Shown here: piece after piece, positions 34,952 through 48,315 of the stretch
Layout of the letters: every line of letters begins with the position of its first letter
Numbering within the stretch: position 1 is the first letter of the stretch
From: Podarcis pityusensis
Taxonomy: Eukaryota
Assembly (NCBI GenBank): GCA_964106645.2
Contig: OZ067042.1
Reading direction: 5' to 3' (one strand)
DNA: 64,000 nucleotides
Position numbers and translations under genes: made by a program
The notes under the pieces: model-generated
Told to the model about the DNA's origin: nothing
Database searches by the model: none
Seen by the model: the letters and a program-made list of their open reading frames with translations, nothing else

Positions 34952-35295
34952 AAGGTAAAGGTAAAGGTAAAGGGACCCCTGACCATTAGGTCCAGTTGTG
35001 GCCAACTCTGGGGTTGCAGCGCTCATCTCGCTTTATTGGCCGAGGGAGCCAGCGTACAGCTTCCGGGTCATGTGGCCAGCATGACTAAGCCGCTTCTGGC
35101 AAACTAGAGCAGCGCACGGAAACGCCGTTTACCTTCCCGCCGGAGTGGTACCTATTTATCTACTTGCACTTTGACGTGCTTTCGAACTGCTAAGTTGGCA
35201 GGAGCAGGGACCGAGCAACGGGAGCTCACCCCATCGTGGGGATTCGAACCACCGACCTTCTGATCGACAAGTCCTAGGCTCCGTGGTCCCACGTC
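34952..35295 (-). mobile_element. Sauria-type SINE, near full length
   Basis: (AAAGGT)n tail, family body and reverse B-box GGATTCGAACC. No TSD seen. Confidence 0.85.
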
Positions 35296-36452
35296 GGGAC
35301 CCAAAAACACACCTTTTTGGGGGGGGGGTGCTTTGCTCTCACACTTTTTTCAGGGCAAGATCTTGGCATGAAATTGCATGATATAACAGTGCCCAAAATA
35401 GCCACTGTGCTTTTGCGGGGAGAAAGGAGGTGTCATAGTTTTTCTGGGATGCATGCAGGTGGAAGCAAATATGAAGATAGGATAGGAACAGACACAATTC
35501 TGGAAAAAGCCCCAAGCTCAGTCGCATTTGATTTTGGCAGTAATTGTTATATCTTGCCAACCTAAATGTTGATGATTTTGAAAACCAATTCAGATTTGAA
35601 AAATAAATAAATATTACATTCAAAGTTCAACATGATTTCCCCCCAAAAATGTGAATTGCTGCAGTAATTATACAAATACTGTTTCCAGTTCCAGCTGGAG
35701 CTAATTTATGTCCTACACAGAACATGTGTCTGGCTAGCCATAGTCATTTTTGTCAGATAGAGATACAATCTCCTGCCTTTGTCTCACGTTATTTCCCAGA
35801 CTCATCAGCTGCATTGTTAATTTCAATAATTAGATGTACTTGCCTGCTATTCAAAGAAAACAGCATTCAGCAAATATGGATGTAATTTAATTGAATAATT
35901 TATTTGATGAGGGCTTTTATTTTTCCTTCCTGATATTCAGTCAGCTGTGACAATAATGGAATATTGCACTGAATGCCGAGTGATAACAGAACTGTACTTT
36001 TAATTTTTCATGTTCTTAATAATGAAATGATGTTCCCATTGCTTAAAAGCATATAAATGATGAACTAATCAAGTGCAGAACCTTTTCTGAAAAGCATGGC
36101 ATCACATTGTAATGTGTCAAGAATAAAGTACAAATTCAGAACATTGGATTTCAATTCCCTGAACATTTGATTGTTTAGAAAATTCAAAACTTTTGAACTT
36201 TTGAAAGTTTTAATAAGTTGAAATGGTAGTGTAGCAACAAATGCAAAGAAGATGCTAAACAAGGGCAACTACCAGGGAAGCACTTATCTCTCAGGAATAC
36301 TGCTTTAGGGAGGAAAGGATGCTAATGGGAGGCAGGCTAAAACTACTAGGAAAGGAGGAAGACAGCTCATTCATAAAGTCATATCTTTTGCTCTAAAGAC
36401 CAAGGTCAATGAGAAGCTAAGTCCCCTACCACAATAATTTCTATGCTTCTTC

Positions 36453-36658
36453 TACGCTTCAGGTTACAGACTCCACTAACCCAGTAATAGTACCTCGGGT
36501 TAAGAACTTTGCTTCAGGATTAGAACAGAAATCGTGCTCCGGTGGCGCGGCAGCAGTGGGAGGCCCCATTAGGTAAAGTGGTGCTTCAGGTTAAGAACAG
36601 TTTCAGGTTAAGAACGGACCTCCGGAACGAATTAAGTACTTAACCTGAAGTACCACTG
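36453..36658. mobile_element. Tc1/mariner MITE lacking its left TIR
   Basis: Body nearly identical to 47897-48154 and ends GTACCACTG-TA. Confidence 0.7.
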
Positions 36659-39600
36659 TATTGCCAATTCAAGATTTCCAAGCTTGAATCCAGACATCAG
36701 CTATGGTACCGTCTCTCTTATTGGAAACCTCACTCCCACATTTTTCTACCTAGTGGCTCCTGACCTGCTCCAGTAAGTTTGGAGTTTTGTGTGTTTATAT
36801 ACCCCAGCACTACTCAGAAGTAAGTCCCATTGAACTTGTTTCCAAACAATAACATTTAGAATTGCAGTTTGCAACCTTACAGTTTCACCCAAACAATGTT
36901 CACTCTGAAGTAAGTAGCACTGAAACGAAGATAAGATTGGAGTTTTAACTCTCACTGAGACTAAACTATGGGACTAAACTGGGCTAAGTAGTTTATGGAT
37001 CAAAACAATTAATTCATCAAGCTTAACAAATGTAGCAGGGTTTAGCTAAGTACCCACTAAAGGAAATAATTTATAACCCAAACAACAATATATCAGTATG
37101 GGTTTGTGGGTCATGACTCCTTTACCATTTGCAAATCTGTTCTGACAAGAAAATTGGCCTCCTCCAGAGCTAAACTTGGTAATTCACCAGAGATTTTAAA
37201 CTCCATTGAATTATCAACATTTGCATGAGCCCTATAAGAGGAAGCATTTATGTCAGTGACTGCTAGTTTTAAAAGCTACTTTGAGTTTCTTTTGACCACT
37301 GGAATTAATGTTTAAAGTCTGCTGTATAAACTGGGCTGAGTGCCCCTATTTGCCATTCTTGTTCCTGATATTCCTATAAATCCTTTTTGAGCTGAATCTT
37401 GGTCTTGGGTCATGCCTGAACCCACCTACACTTCAGAGGCAAAGAGGGGCAGCTAGGAAAAAAACCCCCCGCTCTTCTCCTATTTGCCAGCAAGGAATAA
37501 CCAGGTCAGGGAGTGACTTCTATTGATTTCAGTGGCTCTACTCTAAATAGAATCAAAACTGAATATAACCCTATGCTTTTTGATAATGTAGTATGTAACT
37601 CTCTATTTCAGAAATTTCCCATTATTTTTTTCTGGAAATTTCACACGCGGTTTCAATCACTGTGGAAGAGCTTGGGAAGCAGTGTGTGGTATTGCTGAAA
37701 GAAGGGTGGCTGTTTGGAGAAACATTCTCACTTATTACTAAGTCCTTTTGCATGTCTTTGAGGACTACTGAGATTTGCTTGCTACTTGAACACACCTATA
37801 GCTTCCAGGAGAATTTCCCTATGTAATTGGTTTCTTTGGCCACTGGAAGGGAAGCTTGATCCAATTCCTGAAAGTATAGCATAAACATACCTTTCTGCAC
37901 ATCAGTGGTTCCTGCTGGACCTCTAAGAAACACCACATCTGGTTAAAAAAAAAAAGATCCCCTTGCACATGCAATTCCCACTTGAGACACACAGAAACAC
38001 CCTGAGCCCACACTTCCTATGACCTCACACGCATGAATATCACGACAATACAGAAGGGGCTGATTACATTTGGATAGGGTGTTAATTGGAGAGAAAAGAT
38101 ACATATGGTTGATACCATCCACATGGTTACACAACATCATTGGGGTCACATGGGACTACATGAGGAGAAACTAGCTCAATTGCACAAGTTATATGACTAA
38201 ACAAGTTTTGTGTCTACTGTATAATGCCAGAATTAGCTTTGAGGTACTTAAGAAAGTACCTCTCCATTTCTCATCAGGAATTCAATTTTAAATTCAGTAC
38301 AATAAGTTTTCACTGCAGCTTCCTAATTTTTCTTGTAATTACATTTCCTATTTCTTGAATCATGCATTAACTCTCTAAGCCTGTTGTTGCAAATATCACA
38401 CTTATTTGAGATCACAGGCAGCCATCAATAAACATCTCTCTTGAGTTTTGGGTACTTAGACAAACATCTGCTGGGTAACAAATTTCAGAATTAAACCCAA
38501 AGAAGCTGCATTTAATTCTGTTGTCAACAAGTGTCTTAGTTAATTGTAGAATCTGCTGGATGATTAAAGCAGAGGGGAAAACAAATGAGAAATAGCTTTT
38601 TGTGATTCAAAAACAGGTTTGGCATGACCATTTATTGTTCCAGTTATTCTGACATGATTAGGTTTACCTTAAAGCTGATAATTCTATGGTAATTACTTTA
38701 CAGCAGTAACAACTAGTGTCTTTGTTTTCTTATCCTGGTGTTTTGTTTTTTTTAAAAAAAACAACAGATATCTGAATTCTGCAAGTGGTTTTTAGCTACA
38801 GTGTCTCAAGCTTAGAGTGGGGAGCCACAAGTTCAGGGACTGAATGTGACCCTCCAAAACTACCTATCTGGCCCTAGAGTCTCTTTCCAGGCCACACCTC
38901 TAACCAGCCCTGCTTCACATCCTCTATCAGTGTTTCTGCCTGGCTGGAATGTTCTTTGGAACTCTGATAATGCATCTTGCTTGTCGTGATGGGGAATAGA
39001 GAGGAGAATGTGTATATAGAAACTAGCCTGCTGTACAATGGTAAAATTTACAATTGGCCTCACCCATGCTGTGGCCCTCAGAACAAAAGGGAATGTGGCC
39101 CTTGACAAGTCCTTGTATTAATTATTGCATGTATAACTATTATTCCCTGCACCAGTTACTCCATCAATTATTCGTCTTTTTTCCTAAAAGCTCCTCTATC
39201 TATTCCTCTTTTACAAAGAGGGGAAAGAAGAATTTTTGATGGATTGATACATGATGGTTGTTGGGTCTATAAAATCCTCTATTTAATCTGTGCAATATCT
39301 TTCCAAGCAGTAAAGTCTCTGCTCACCCATCAACCCACATTTTCAACATACTAAAAATACAATATATATCTTAGAAGTGGCCTGCCAACCAGAGTTTCTA
39401 GCTGATGAGTACAAAACCACTGTGGAAAATTCAGTGGTGCCCCCTCCCCTGATTTCTCTCTAGCTATTTGGCTTCTCTGTCTCACTGCCTTCCTGATTCC
39501 CCTTTCATGTACATAGTGCTCAATTGATGCCAACTCCTGTTTCTAGGTTCCTAAGTTGTGTGGGGTATTTTCAGACTCCTCCACTTTCATACTTGCCTCC

Positions 39601-39910
39601 AGCATTGGCTATGTTCAAGTTATATGCTTCTCGTTCCTAGGGATCAGGGGCCTTCAAACATTTGCCAATTTCATGTGTACAAAAAACTAAGCACAAAACC
39701 AGCCCAAACCATAGTAAAATGGTTTCCATTTCAGGATTTCATTTGCGCTTATCACCCTAGATTCTGGAATCTGTTTAATTCCAGTGTATTTTTTCAAAAA
39801 AAATATCATGTTTGGACCCTGGAACAAACACAAATAACATTTTCTTTCCTTATTACTAAACAACAACTGATTTAGATACTCTCCCCTCATATACACTGAA
39901 GGATCTAGGC

Positions 39911-40047
39911 CAGGCATAGGCAAACTTGGCCCTCCAGTTGTTTTGGGACTACAATTCCCATCATCCCTGACCACTGGTTCTGTTAGCTAGGGATCATGGG
40001 AGTTGTAGTCCCAAAAACATCTGGAGGGCTGAGTTTGCCTATGCCTG
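39911..40047. mobile_element. Palindromic hAT-type MITE (GGGACTACAACTCCCATC family)
   Basis: Long TIRs CAGGCATAGGCAAACT / AGTTTGCCTATGCCTG. TSD ATCTAGGC/ATGTAGGC. Confidence 0.8.
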
Positions 40048-40141
40048 ATGTAGGCCTTTCAACTCTCCAGTAGCTCCTTACAGAATACTTTTTTCATAAT
40101 AACCTAACCTGAAAACTTGTTGAAGAATCCTATAACTAAAC

Positions 40142-40167
40142 ACATACATACATACATACATACATAC
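40142..40167. repeat. (ACAT)n microsatellite
   Basis: Read directly from the sequence. Confidence 0.85.
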
Positions 40168-41328
40168 GAGTTTTGTTTTTAACCAGCTGTTAAGAATATA
40201 TTTAGCTCTGGTTAGGCAATTAACAGCTGCTGGCCACCCCTAATTAACCTTTAGTCCCTCTTTAAGACAGTAAAAGAGGCTATTCCTACTAGGAAATATA
40301 TTTTTTTTGGGGGGTTGTTTCATTTTTACTGGGTAGACTGCAAAATAAGCCCTTTCTCTCTGACATCCCATCACTGAAGCAATGCATGGTTGAGCTGTAG
40401 GAGGTTGTCGTTCTGATAGCTGTCCCCTGGGAAAGCTGGGGGAAACAATGACAAAACAGAGACATTCCTAACTTGTCTGCGGTTGATGCACAGTATATTG
40501 CATGAGGGCTTAGATTTCAGACAACAGCTTCTTCCTCCCCTTTCCCCTTTTTTCCAAAGAGCTTTGTTCTGTCATGCTGACAATGCATTTTGCTCAGGGA
40601 AGGTGAAACACAGCAGACAAAACGAGATACTGAGGAGGGGGGAAAGGCACAGTGCCAGAGGGATAATACACCATTCTGTGTCTTGTTTCCTCTCATTAAA
40701 CACCCTGGGCTCTCATAGTCAAGGGAGCCTAAACTTTTCACAACGGTGAAGAAGCAAAGGCTTCTCAAAATGGTTGGCTGTATTTAAGTATTCCTTAACT
40801 GAAGGACTACATCATTATTATGAATATCAAAACATGTGCAGGTTGTAATGAGAAATGAATAAGACAAGGGCATTTAAATGGTTCTGTTGGACCAAATGAG
40901 AGATCTACCCAGCCTAGAAACTAACCTAGAATGTTTTGAAGTTGCTAGATGCACAGTCAGTGACTACTGGACTCATTACCTGAATCTGATGAATCAGCTG
41001 ATACTTTTGTTCACAGCAATCCCATGCTTGCACTTCTGATGAAAGCAACTTCAGGGTCAACAGGGGCCATCATATATTATGACCAAAGTATGCTGGTAGG
41101 ACCTTCTGTTTTTTGTGCACTCTCTCTGGTTTAGTAATATAGAACTAAACCAGAAGTTCTCATTAAAAACAATAATAGCATCTTAACAGTATAATGTGGC
41201 TTTCTAGTTGTGCATCCATGTTAGGTGTGCTGCAAAATCAGATTGATCAGCAGTTGGGCCTCCCAAAAAATATACTTCTTCTTAGCTGTATTTCACTATT
41301 AATATACTTCTTCTTAATTGTATTTCAG

Positions 41329-41706
41329 GGACGCGGGTGGTGCTGTGGTCTAAACCACTGAACCTCTTGGGCTTGCCAATCAGAAGGTCGGTGGTTTGAA
41401 TCCCCGTGACGGGGTGAGCTCCCGTTGCTCAGTCCCAGCTCCTGCCAACCTAGCAGTTCGAAAGCACACCAGTGCAAGTAGATCAATAGGTACTGCTCTG
41501 GCAGGAAGGTAAACGGTGTTTCCGTGCGCTGCTCTGGTTTTGTTGTTCCATTGCGCCAGAAGTGGCTTAGTCATGCTGGCCACATAACCCAGAAAAACTG
41601 CCTGTGGACAAACGCTGGCTCCCTCAGTCTGCAAAGCGAGATGAGCGCCGCAACCCCAGAGTTGTACGCGACTGGACTTATCTGCAGGGGTCCTTTACCT
41701 TTACCT
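41329..41706 (+). mobile_element. Sauria-type SINE, full length
   Basis: tRNA-like head with B-box-like GGTTTGAATCC and (ACCTTT)n tail. 15-bp TSD TTAATTGTATTTCAG (41314-41328 and 41707-41721). Confidence 0.9.
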
Positions 41707-43362
41707 TTAATTGTATTTCAGTTCAACAATTACTTTGATAAAATACGTATTTTGTTATGTGCAAATGGCTTTAGATACCTATTAGGTCCATAGATTACCA
41801 TATAGCATATATTCAACACAAAAAACAGCAACAATTTGTTGTTGACAAAGGACAGCTGGACATATAAAGGGCCCCATTACCCTTAGGGCCTCATCAAACC
41901 TAAATTTGGCCCTGTACTGACATATAAAGGAGCTTCCCATGTTCTTAAGAGCAAGCCAGATGGTAATGGCCTTCAGTCTGGGCCAAGGCCAGGTTTTTTG
42001 GCCTAGTGACCCTGAGCAACAGTAGCCCTTTCACAAGAGTCCACCTGCAATCTACTCCCATGATTTTACACTTGCATTGGGGGAAGCTAGTATCTAATAA
42101 AATATGAATAACAGACGGCTTCTTGCCCTGGGTTCACGCATCAGATTTCTAACACATGAACCTGGGATTGGGGGGGGGGGCAGTCCAGACTTTGCGCCTG
42201 ATGAGATAATGCACTTTTTCTGACATAGAGATTAATATCTATGTCAAAAAAAAAAAAAAAAAAAAGAAAAGCAAAATGAAATAACTCTCAGAGAAAACAT
42301 CATATCTTTTTCAGACCCGGAAAATCAGATATTTATAGACTTTGCTGAGAATATGTTGTTTGCCTCTATAACTCATATGTTAAGTATCAGAGATAAGTTT
42401 TCTCCAAGAACTTTGGATTTACTGTGGTGATCAATTCTTTGTTCATAGATAAGCTCTATACCATTTAGCACTGTTTATTGCCTGACAGCAGATCGATTGA
42501 ACATTGTCAGTTTGAAAGCTTCTGTTTCCATTGACATGAATATCTAGAAACTGACAGTGTGTTTACTGGGGGCTTATGAAAATCATAAGACCTCCTCTTT
42601 TTTTTAGTTGTGTGCATTCAGCATTAGTGTTCTGTATATCATTTTAATGAGTGAACTCCTCTTGGTTTAATTTGGTATTCGCTTAGCATTTTTAGCTCTC
42701 AGAAAATTTTCTGAAAAAGCTCAGCCACAGAGGTTTTTCTTTGTATGCATAAGATCTGAGGTCCAATCTCTGCATCCCATAGCAGAGTCAGGAAATGTCT
42801 TCACCTGAAACCATGGAGAACTGTTGCCAAAATAGGTAATATTGAGCTAGATGGACCATCCAACGATAGCCCTGTTGAGATATTCTAATCATGTCTAAAA
42901 ATCAAAACTCAAGCAGGGAAAGCAGGACCAAATATGCTAAGCACAAGGGACATAGCTTAGCGCACTTGTTCCTGCTCATGTGTTGGTTTTACATACAGGT
43001 AGAATGCTTGAATAGTGGTTTTTTTAAATGTAAAATAGGGGTGGCTTGCCTAATGTTACTACAGTTCCCCATTAAGTTTGACCATGCTGCTTTGGGCTAA
43101 TGGGAGCTGGAACATTTCTAGGGCCTCACCCTGGTCTAAATCTGGTTTCATATGTCCAGTGTCTCAGTATAGGACCCAGAAAACTTTATCACCTGACTAA
43201 AAAAAAACCAGTGCTGTCTTCAGTGGGCCATAAACCCAAAGAAGCTACCTCTTTTTAAATCTTTACTGATTTTTTTTTCAATAGAGCAACAGTAAAAATA
43301 GAACAGACCAAAGCTGGAGAGATTTCCAGTCCTTGAGCCAAGAGAACTATGTGATCCTAGAA

Positions 43363-43498
43363 AAGGCATCACCAAAATCAGCTCTTCAGATGTTTTGGGA
43401 CTACAACTCCCATCATCTCTAGCTAACAGGATCAGTGGTCAGGGATGATGGGAACTGTAGTCCCAAAACATCTGGAGGGCCGAGTTTCGGGATGCCTG
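43363..43498. mobile_element. Palindromic hAT-type MITE (same family)
   Basis: Same body. TSD TCCTAGAA/TCCTAGAC. Partial relatives at about 20385-20500 and 690-810. Confidence 0.72.
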
Positions 43499-44059
43499 TC
43501 CTAGACCAAGATCCAAAAAGGCCTAGCTCAGGGAAGCTTCCCAGACCAACAAAGCAAGAGCCTTCTTGAATCTACCCATATAAACCTTAACCTAACTCAT
43601 TTTGATGCCAGAAGCTCTGCTCCTGTAATCCCCAGAGTAACATGGAAACTATTCAGACAGGCCAGGTGATGTCACTTTCATTTTCGCTGCAAACATACAG
43701 TACTTGAGCACCAGATTTTACATATTCAAGACTATATTGGGACATACTATAGCATATATTAATTGCTGGAATAATGACACCCTTGACAAAGGAAACATGA
43801 TTTGCTCCTTGTCCCTATCCTTCAAAGAGCTTGAGCCTCTTTATTTGCTAAGCTGTTTCCTTTTCTTTATGTTGCTCCTTGAAGACTCACCTCCTCCTCA
43901 GAAAAGGCTTTCCTGAAATTCCTCGGCCTTCCTTTGACATCTCCTTCACTACTACCCAACTTGTCCCTACTCCCATTGCATTTACCGTTGTTAATTCCTG
44001 CCGTTACTGCAGTCTTGCTTATCTTTGCTGGGAGGATGGGGCTGTAAGTTTTCTGGGCA

Positions 44060-44350
44060 GTGTCGCTGCCCCCATCATTCAGCCCAGCTCTAAGGGCCTT
44101 CTGGTGGTTCCCTCATTGTGAGAAGTGAGGTTACATAGAACCATGCAGAGGGTCTTCTCAGTAGTGGTGCCCGCCCTATGGAACACTCTCCCATCAGATG
44201 TCAAATAAATAAATATATGACCATCCATAAACATCTGAAGGCAGTCCTGTATCGGGAAGCTTTTAATGTGTGATATTCTGTTGTGTCTTTGTATATTCTG
44301 ATGGAAGCCACTCAGAGTGGCTGGGTCAACCCAGTCAGATATTTGGGGTA
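44060..44350 (+). mobile_element. L2-clade LINE 3' fragment
   Basis: Recognisable L2 3' end (CTTCTCAGTAGTGGTGCCCGCCCTATGGAAC...CAGAGTGGCTGGG). A related tail lies at about 2640-2710. Confidence 0.55.
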
Positions 44351-44386
44351 TGTATATGTGGAGTGTGTGTGTGTAGTGTGTATATA

Positions 44387-44526
44387 CAGTGCTTTTTTCT
44401 TTAAAAAATGTTTAGGGGTACTCTCATTTTCCTACTCATATTAAAATACTGTCCCTCAATGAGCCCAACTTAGATTCACAAAATGTTTAGGGGTATGCGC
44501 CCCCTGTGTCCCCCAGAAAAAAGCAC
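44387..44526. mobile_element. hAT-type MITE (same family, opposite orientation)
   Basis: Reverse complement of the 19314 and 31171 body, flanked by TG/TA microsatellite. Confidence 0.75.
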
Positions 44527-47284
44527 AATATATGTGTGTGTGCGAGCGTGTGCGCGCCACATACATACATAGTCTGTGCTGTACCTAGGACAATGCTGAT
44601 GGTAATTAAAAAGTATATCGAGTGGAAAAATCACTTAATTATACAAAGAATGGGTTAGCCATTATAATACATTGTATTCCCCCAGATTTCAAGTCCTCCT
44701 CTCTCCTTCCATAGCTGGTATCTTGCAGCCTAGTACAGTCACATAGTCTAGTGCAGCACAATTTTATGGTAAAAATAATGAAATGTTTCACTAGTAAAAT
44801 AGAATATCTTAGAATAAAACATATTCATGACACTGCCAGGTTCATACTTTTCAAAAAAAGATATTGAGGCTGTGATGGATAAAATATCACTTTCCTTCCG
44901 TTCCCAAATCGGGACTGCGATCAAAATGGCATATTAACGTAACGCAGTCTCACTTACATATGCAAAATTTTATTTAAATGAAGCTTTTAAAGGCTTGATA
45001 TAAGACATTGTTTAGTTGACTGAGCACAGAAGTGCAAACCAATGTGCCTTTGAGTGACTAGAAAATATCCTCATTCTCAGTGGGTCTCCTGGCTAGAGAT
45101 TGCATATTCATGAATTAGAAGAATCTTCATCTGCCCTGCTCCTGCTCAGCAACAGGCGCTTGCACTTTCTAGGAGAAACATAAAAATGACCTGCTCACAA
45201 TCTGTGGCTGTTGCTAATCTTAGAGCATTAGGCTGCAGTCTTAAGTTCCTTGATGTCAATAGTTCCTACTTTTGGCAGGAATGTTCAGGACTGCAATGTT
45301 ATTTTCTCCCCATCAGGTATGAGAAGTATTTTCAGTATAATAAAGCAAAAAATCAAGCTTGTGTATCCACAGTAAATCCATCTATACACCCTCTGCTGAT
45401 TCTGTTTTTTTTTAATTATTTTTCTTTTATAATCACTTTCTCATAAATAGCCAAACAGTGTTGATTTGTGTACTGAAAGAGTTACTTATTTTAATTACAT
45501 ATTTTTATCTTCCCCTTATTTTTGGCAAACAAGACATAGTTGACAGAGCATCTAAGAAAGTGGGATCTTGTCAAGCAAAGCTATGTTGACCAAAGTCAAT
45601 TTGTTAGTCTTTAAGGTATCACAGATTTCCTGATTGTCTCTTTTGCTGCAACAGACTAATAGCTACCGCTCTAGAAAGACATGCCATGAGAGTAGTAGGG
45701 AAAATACTAGGACTTCTTAGCCACTGCATCAGCACCCAGGAACCATACAGACCCCAAACTAATAATACCCTTTTGGACGAATTTATGGGACAAAAAGGTG
45801 GCAAAGAATGGGATATGATTAGATAGATCCCTCTCTATATTCAACTGCTCTGCATCATCTGTGTAAAACAAGCTCTGATAGCTCAGAGAAGCCTCACTTC
45901 ACAATTCAGTGAAAGGCAGAGATAGGTAAAGCTATGATTTAGTCTAGCTGGAAAATCATATTCAGTCACCAATGCAAAGGTCTACCATAAGAAACCACAT
46001 GGGAAACAGAATATGATGGAGGCCTGGGTAGATGCTGCCAAGTGGATGAGAGCTGAACTAGAGCTACAGATGCCAATGCAAAATGCAAACTCACAACTGC
46101 GTAGATTTTAGCAAGTGCATAGTCCCTGATAGATACATACACCTTGACAATAATGCTGCATTTTGATATTTGATGTTTATTGTAAGCCTCTAACCTAGTT
46201 CATTCTTATGGCTGTCACTGCCTCTCTTGCAGCTTGCCACTACCTAACTGGTGCAGAGAAGAAGCACCTCTTCCCACAAGAGCCCCCCCCCCAAATACAA
46301 TCTAGGAGTCTCTTCCCACCAGCATCTGATCAGAAGCTTAGCTTTGGCTTCCCACACCAGTTGCCATTGCCTAAACAATTCTTACTCACACCAGATGGTC
46401 TCTGTCTATACACTGTAGTTACCTGACACCTGACATTTTGCTCTGTTATTGTTCCATGCGTAACCACTTCTCCATGTTCTACTCTATCACTCTTCTGACT
46501 TAGGCTGGATCTCGACACATCAAAGAAGCATTTCGGTTAAACGTGTTGTAAACTCATACAGGGAAATCTGGTTGGAAAAGACGGGAGTCCACAGTGCCAT
46601 CTGGTGTCACAGTGTTATACTGCGTATACAACACATATAAAATGCTTTTTCTTTACCAATCTAGCTGAGTCCCTAGTAGAGATAATTTCTAAAATGAATT
46701 CCTGAACTGGTGCATGTACATTTGGCCATGGTTTTCAGTTCACTCATGTTTACGCTTCCCAATAAACACAAATATTATTTTTTGTGCTTTGTTTCCTCAA
46801 TGAGCATGTGCTCAACAAGCACATCAATAACCTGAAGGGCATAGAATAACAAAAGGAACAGCAAACTATGGCAAAGTCTGCACAAAGTCTGGAAATTTAA
46901 AAATAGAACAGACGGATGGCAGATTGTCAATGTGTCAGTGTTGCTCTGCAAACATCACTGGAAAACTGAGAATACTGAAATCGTAAAGGAAATTTGGGTG
47001 GGGGAAATTTTGTAAGGGTCCCTACTGGCTACTTCATCCTTGCAGCTTTGTTGAAAGAGCACAGTAGCTCTCTCAGAGAGTACTTTTCAGTCAAATCTGA
47101 GATGAAAAAAGATGTAGAAGTAGCACAGGGAACAGTCATTCAGCTGCTAGTTGCATAAGCCAGTTTGCCATACTTTCAAATTTATCCATACCAAGCAGTG
47201 AATTTCACATTAATGCATAACAAAATGGCAAATGCTTCTACAAGTTTCCTGTGCTCAGATTCAAAATCGCATAATGAATGATGA

Positions 47285-48315
47285 AAGCTTACAGTGTTTG
47301 GGACTTTTAAGTTTAGAGAAGAGGAGAGCAAGACTGGACATGATAGAGGTGTATACAATTCTGCATCATGGGGCAAAGGGGATGGAGAAAGGCTCTTCTC
47401 CCTCTCTCCCGAACATCCAAAGAAGCTGAACACTGGAATATGGACAAAAGAAATTACTTATTCACATGGTGCACAGTTAAAACAATGGAATTTGCTCCCA
47501 CATGAATAGTGCTAGCCACTTACAGAGATGGCTTTAAATGAGGATTAGACAAATTCAAGGAATGTAAGATTCTTAACAGCTACTAGCCACAAGGGATATG
47601 TTTTATCTCCACTAATGGAGGCAGTATGTGACTGAGTACAGTAGTACCTCGGGTTACATACGCTTCAGGTTATATACGCTTCAGGTTACAGACTCCGCTA
47701 ACCCAGAAATAGTAAAGTGTTGAAGCAATTATTCTTCAACATCAGCTTCGTTGGACTGGTTATGTTGTGCGGATGCCTGATGATCATCTTCCAAAGCAAC
47801 TCCTCTATTCCGAACTTAAAAATGGAAAGCGTAATGCTGGTGGTCAACAAAAGAGGTTTAAAGACTGTATCAAGGCAAATCTAAGAAAATGTAGTACAGT
47901 GGTACCTCAGGTTACATACGCTTCAGGTTACATATGCTTCAGGTTACAGACGCTTCAGGTTACAGACTCCGCTAACCCAGAAATAGTACCGCAGGTTAAG
48001 AACTTTGCTTCAGGATGAGAACAGAAATCATGCAGCGGCAGCGCAGTGGCAGCAGGAGGCCCCATTAGCTAAAGTGGTGCTTCAGCTTAAGAACAGTTTA
48101 AGGTTAAGAACGGACCTCTGGAACGAATTAAGTACGTAACCAGAGGTACCACTGTACCAGCTGCTGGGAATCAGGACAGGAGAAGGGAGCGAAGAGCACT
48201 GTTGTGCTCAGGTCCTACTAGTGCATTTCCCATAGACATCTGGTTGGCTATTGGGAACATGATGTTGAACTATGTCAGCCTCGGACCTGATCCAGTGGAG
48301 CTCTTCTTATGTTCT
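47285..48315 (+). mobile_element. CR1-like LINE 3' fragment interrupted by the composite MITE
   Basis: LGLLSLEKRRARLDMIEVYTI at about 47297. The sequence resumes after 48156 and ends CTCTTCTTATGTTCT. Confidence 0.65.
47639..48154. mobile_element. Composite insertion: MITE left end (47639-47714), RTE-like LINE fragment (47715-47894), complete MITE (47897-48154)
   Basis: Outer TA duplication (47637-47638 and 48155-48156). The middle translates to RMPDDHLPKQLLYSELKNGKRNAGGQQKRFKDCIKANL, an RTE-clade C-terminus. Confidence 0.75.
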
